Shown here: positions 62,209-64,000 of the stretch, in pieces | Numbering within the stretch: the stretch's first letter is position 1 | How the letters are laid out: every line of letters starts with the position of its first letter | NCBI RefSeq assembly: GCF_035084215.1 | Contig: NC_090363.1 | Location: forward strand, 6,448,001-6,512,000 | Direction of reading: 5' to 3' | DNA: 64,000 bases | DNA from: Heptranchias perlo | Taxonomy: Eukaryota | The notes under the pieces: model-generated | The model's database searches: none | What the model was told of the DNA's origin: nothing | What the model saw: only the letters and a program-made list of their open reading frames with translations | Program-made: the position numbers and the translations under genes

Positions 62209-63734
62209 AACTGTGCTGAAACCCAGAGGCAGAAATGCTGCTGTGTCGTGCCTCACGCCACCAACACTGGTGACAAAGTTACACTCCCCATCATTTCTCC
62301 GGGGGGCCGGAGTTAAGGCCCGAGGAACTTTTGTTCTTTGCACTCTGTGCTGTTAACTGCAAACTTAAGCTGAGGTATGTGTGTTTTTTTTTGTCTGCTG
62401 GCTACAATTAAGCGATTGCAACGAACCAGCGACAAGTTTCAACGGTAAATTTAGCTTTACCATTTGGCAGCCTCATTTCTCAGCAGGGTATTTAAAGAAC
62501 GCCGGATTTAGGCTTTAATACTCAGTGATGGTCATACGCTCGGTCCTTCTGCGAAATTCGAAGCGCTTGCATAGCTGTAGTGTCAGTGCGAATCCAGCTG
62601 AACGAAGCCACAGAAATACGTGCAAAATAATACACCATGGTATTTTGTACAGGAAATACAACGAAAGAAAGTGTAATGAGGAAACTTTCTAATACAAATT
62701 AGGTAACAGTGTGTAGCCTAACCTGAACGGAATGAATATTATAGCAAGTCCAAAGAAAAAATCTTGGGTGTCTTTAAATTTACATGGGACTGTTAAATTA
62801 AGGAAAATAGCCCGAAAAGACCAAGAGGTGTGTCAGTCCCACGGATTCTATCCCATATCTTTAATCCCCTGAGAGAGAGAGAGTTCGATATAAATCATCT
62901 TTATTCCCCATAAAATTGAAGAACATTTAACCATCTTCGTACCCTCATTCTGACCTGGTGAACTCACCAGCAACTCCCACTAGCACATGAACTAAAGTGT
63001 CCACTTCCAGCTTCCAAACAGCTGGCAGTCTTTACATTAGTCTGAACGTTAGAGTCGTCAAGAATAACTGGAGATAAATGCAATTTGCTCTCATGTTTTG
63101 CCATTTGGATTTTATTTTTTACAGCAAGGATTTTAGGTCTGAATTGTGTTTAAGTGTTATGTTTTGAAATAAACGGGGCTTGCCCCGAACTTGTGCCAAA
63201 GTTATGACTAAATTCTCCAAGTGGGAGAACACCCGCGGGGGTCTCCCAGTCTCCCGCCGTAACTTCGGCGGAAAATCGGCTTAAGCTCTGGAGAAATGGC
63301 GCGTTCTGTTTATAGCCTTTTTCGCTATTTGTGAGGTTGTGGGAGGAAGAAGAGATTTTACAAGTTCACCATGATATTATGGTTTGAATAGAGATGAAAA
63401 GGTAGTAAGGGATAGGTTGGAGAATAAAATGAGGAATCAGGTGTAGGATAATGTATAATATAACAGGAAAAATATCTTAACAATAAGTCAGTATTAATAG
63501 CTTTGTATTATGAGAAGGCATTCTGTGTGATAGAGGCTAAAGCCTGGTTTAGATCAGGTCGTTAGGATTCCACAGGAGAGTGCTAAGTAAGCAGGAGGTG
63601 TCAGGTTAGTGCAATTTAAGAAGCATTAAAGTGTTTGCAGAAGAATTATAGCTAGTTTCGAGTCAACTTGTCCAGAATCCAACTGTTAAGGTGTGATGGA
63701 AATATAAGCAGGAAAAATTTCCTTATCATCTACA

Positions 63735-64000
63735 AAAACTTGGAAGGGTAGTGAACAGTGAGGAGGATAGTGATATGTTTCAAGAGGATACAGACACTCT
63801 GGTGGCATGGGCAAACTCATGGCAGATGAAGTTTAACGCAGAAAAATGCGAGGTGATGCATTTCGGTAGGAAAAATGAGGAGAGGTAATGTAAACTAGAG
63901 GGCACAATTCTAAAAAGGGTACAGGAACAGAGAGATCTCGGGGTATATGTGCACAAATCGTTGAAGGTGGCAGGGCAGGTTGAGAAAGTGGTTAAAAAAG
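63735..64000 (+). mobile_element. CR1-type LINE fragment running off the window edge
   Basis: WQMKFNAEKCEVMHFGRKN motif. Confidence 0.8.

Overview
Vertebrate genomic DNA, most likely from a cartilaginous fish (inferred from the CR1 LINE, SINE and Penelope-type repeats). The window holds a compact cluster of NKp30/NCR3-like single-exon VJ-type Ig receptor genes. The ORF track shows only their V exons; I rebuilt the rest by hand from splice sites and phase compatibility. Gene A (+, 1042-26329, 16 exons, about 578 aa) has a leader, three near-identical tandem V domains, a TM segment with a Glu, and a long tail of 11 small exons carrying YxxM, an ITIM (IQYASL) and a terminal ITSM (TVYTEV). Gene B (-, 40823-37543, 4 exons, 184 aa) is a classical activating NKp30-like receptor with a TM Arg and a short Tyr-free tail. 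Its V domain is about 86% identical to gene A V1 while its TM and tail are unrelated, so A and B look like an activating/inhibitory pair. Gene C (-, 60099 to about 50039, about 16 exons, about 329 aa) has a divergent V domain, a neutral TM and a Tyr-rich tail built from repeated micro-exon doublets. A V pseudo-exon lies at about 46320-46650. The rest is mostly CR1-type LINE fragments, SINEs, MITEs, solo LTRs, a 45-bp minisatellite and a perfect 186-bp Penelope-type palindrome carrying hammerhead-ribozyme motifs. All gene models are manual predictions without transcript evidence, and repeat boundaries are approximate.
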